64,000 nt of DNA from Camelus dromedarius (lineage: Eukaryota). Shown here piece by piece: positions 63,868 through 64,000 of this stretch (position 1 is its first letter; the number at the start of each line of letters is the position of its first letter). The notes below the pieces were generated by a model, which was not told where the DNA came from, did no database searches, and saw only the letters and a list, made by a program, of their open reading frames with translations. A program made the position numbers and the translations under genes. The stretch lies in the NCBI RefSeq assembly GCF_036321535.1, contig NC_087436.1, positions 34,784,001 through 34,848,000 on the forward strand, written 5' to 3'.

Positions 63868-64000
63868 CGTTATGGTAGCTCACAGAGAAAAAAATGTGAC
63901 AGTGAGTGTGTATATGTCCATGTATGACTGAAAAATTGTGCTGAACATTGGAATTTGACACAACATTGTAAAATGATTATAAATCAATAAAAAATGTTAA
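63868..64000 (+). mobile_element. Young camelid-type L1 3' end, running off the window
   Basis: TGGTAGCTCACAGAGAAAAAAATGTGACAGTGA...GGAATTTGACACAACATTGTAAAAT is closely similar to the reverse complement of 50530-50665. Confidence 0.85.

Noticed and set aside
1..64000. Prokaryote-type systems (CRISPR arrays, operons, defence islands), rRNA or NUMT
   Set aside because: None seen. The window is typical mammalian intergenic and intronic DNA with one spliced gene.

Overview
This is mammalian genomic DNA, very probably from a camelid, judging by a Vic-1-like tRNA-derived SINE and matching young L1 3' ends. The only protein-coding gene I can support is the 5' half of ANKRD50 on the + strand. It has a CpG-island promoter (~34.5-35.5 kb), an ATG-free exon 1 with three CGG tracts (~34885-35159), and a long exon 2 (36322-37593, CDS from 37082). 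A 22 kb intron follows, then exon 3 (59774-60003); the ankyrin-repeat exons lie beyond the window. The rest is intergenic or intronic DNA filled with old repeats (MaLR LTRs, L1, L2, MIR, hAT elements); subfamily names are recognised by eye and need RepeatMasker confirmation. The most interesting feature is exon 2. Its 760-nt leader holds 17 upstream ATGs and two AATAAA signals, and the exon also encodes the Walker A motif of a STAND-like NTPase domain. Skipping this exon would remove all uORFs and start translation at Met180, without Walker A. Secondary oddities: an unusually similar inverted L2 pair, two L1s whose 5' end is fused directly to the 3' end, and a twin-primed L1. I found no convincing wholly new biological system, and nearly all other ORFs in the track are noise or repeat remnants.
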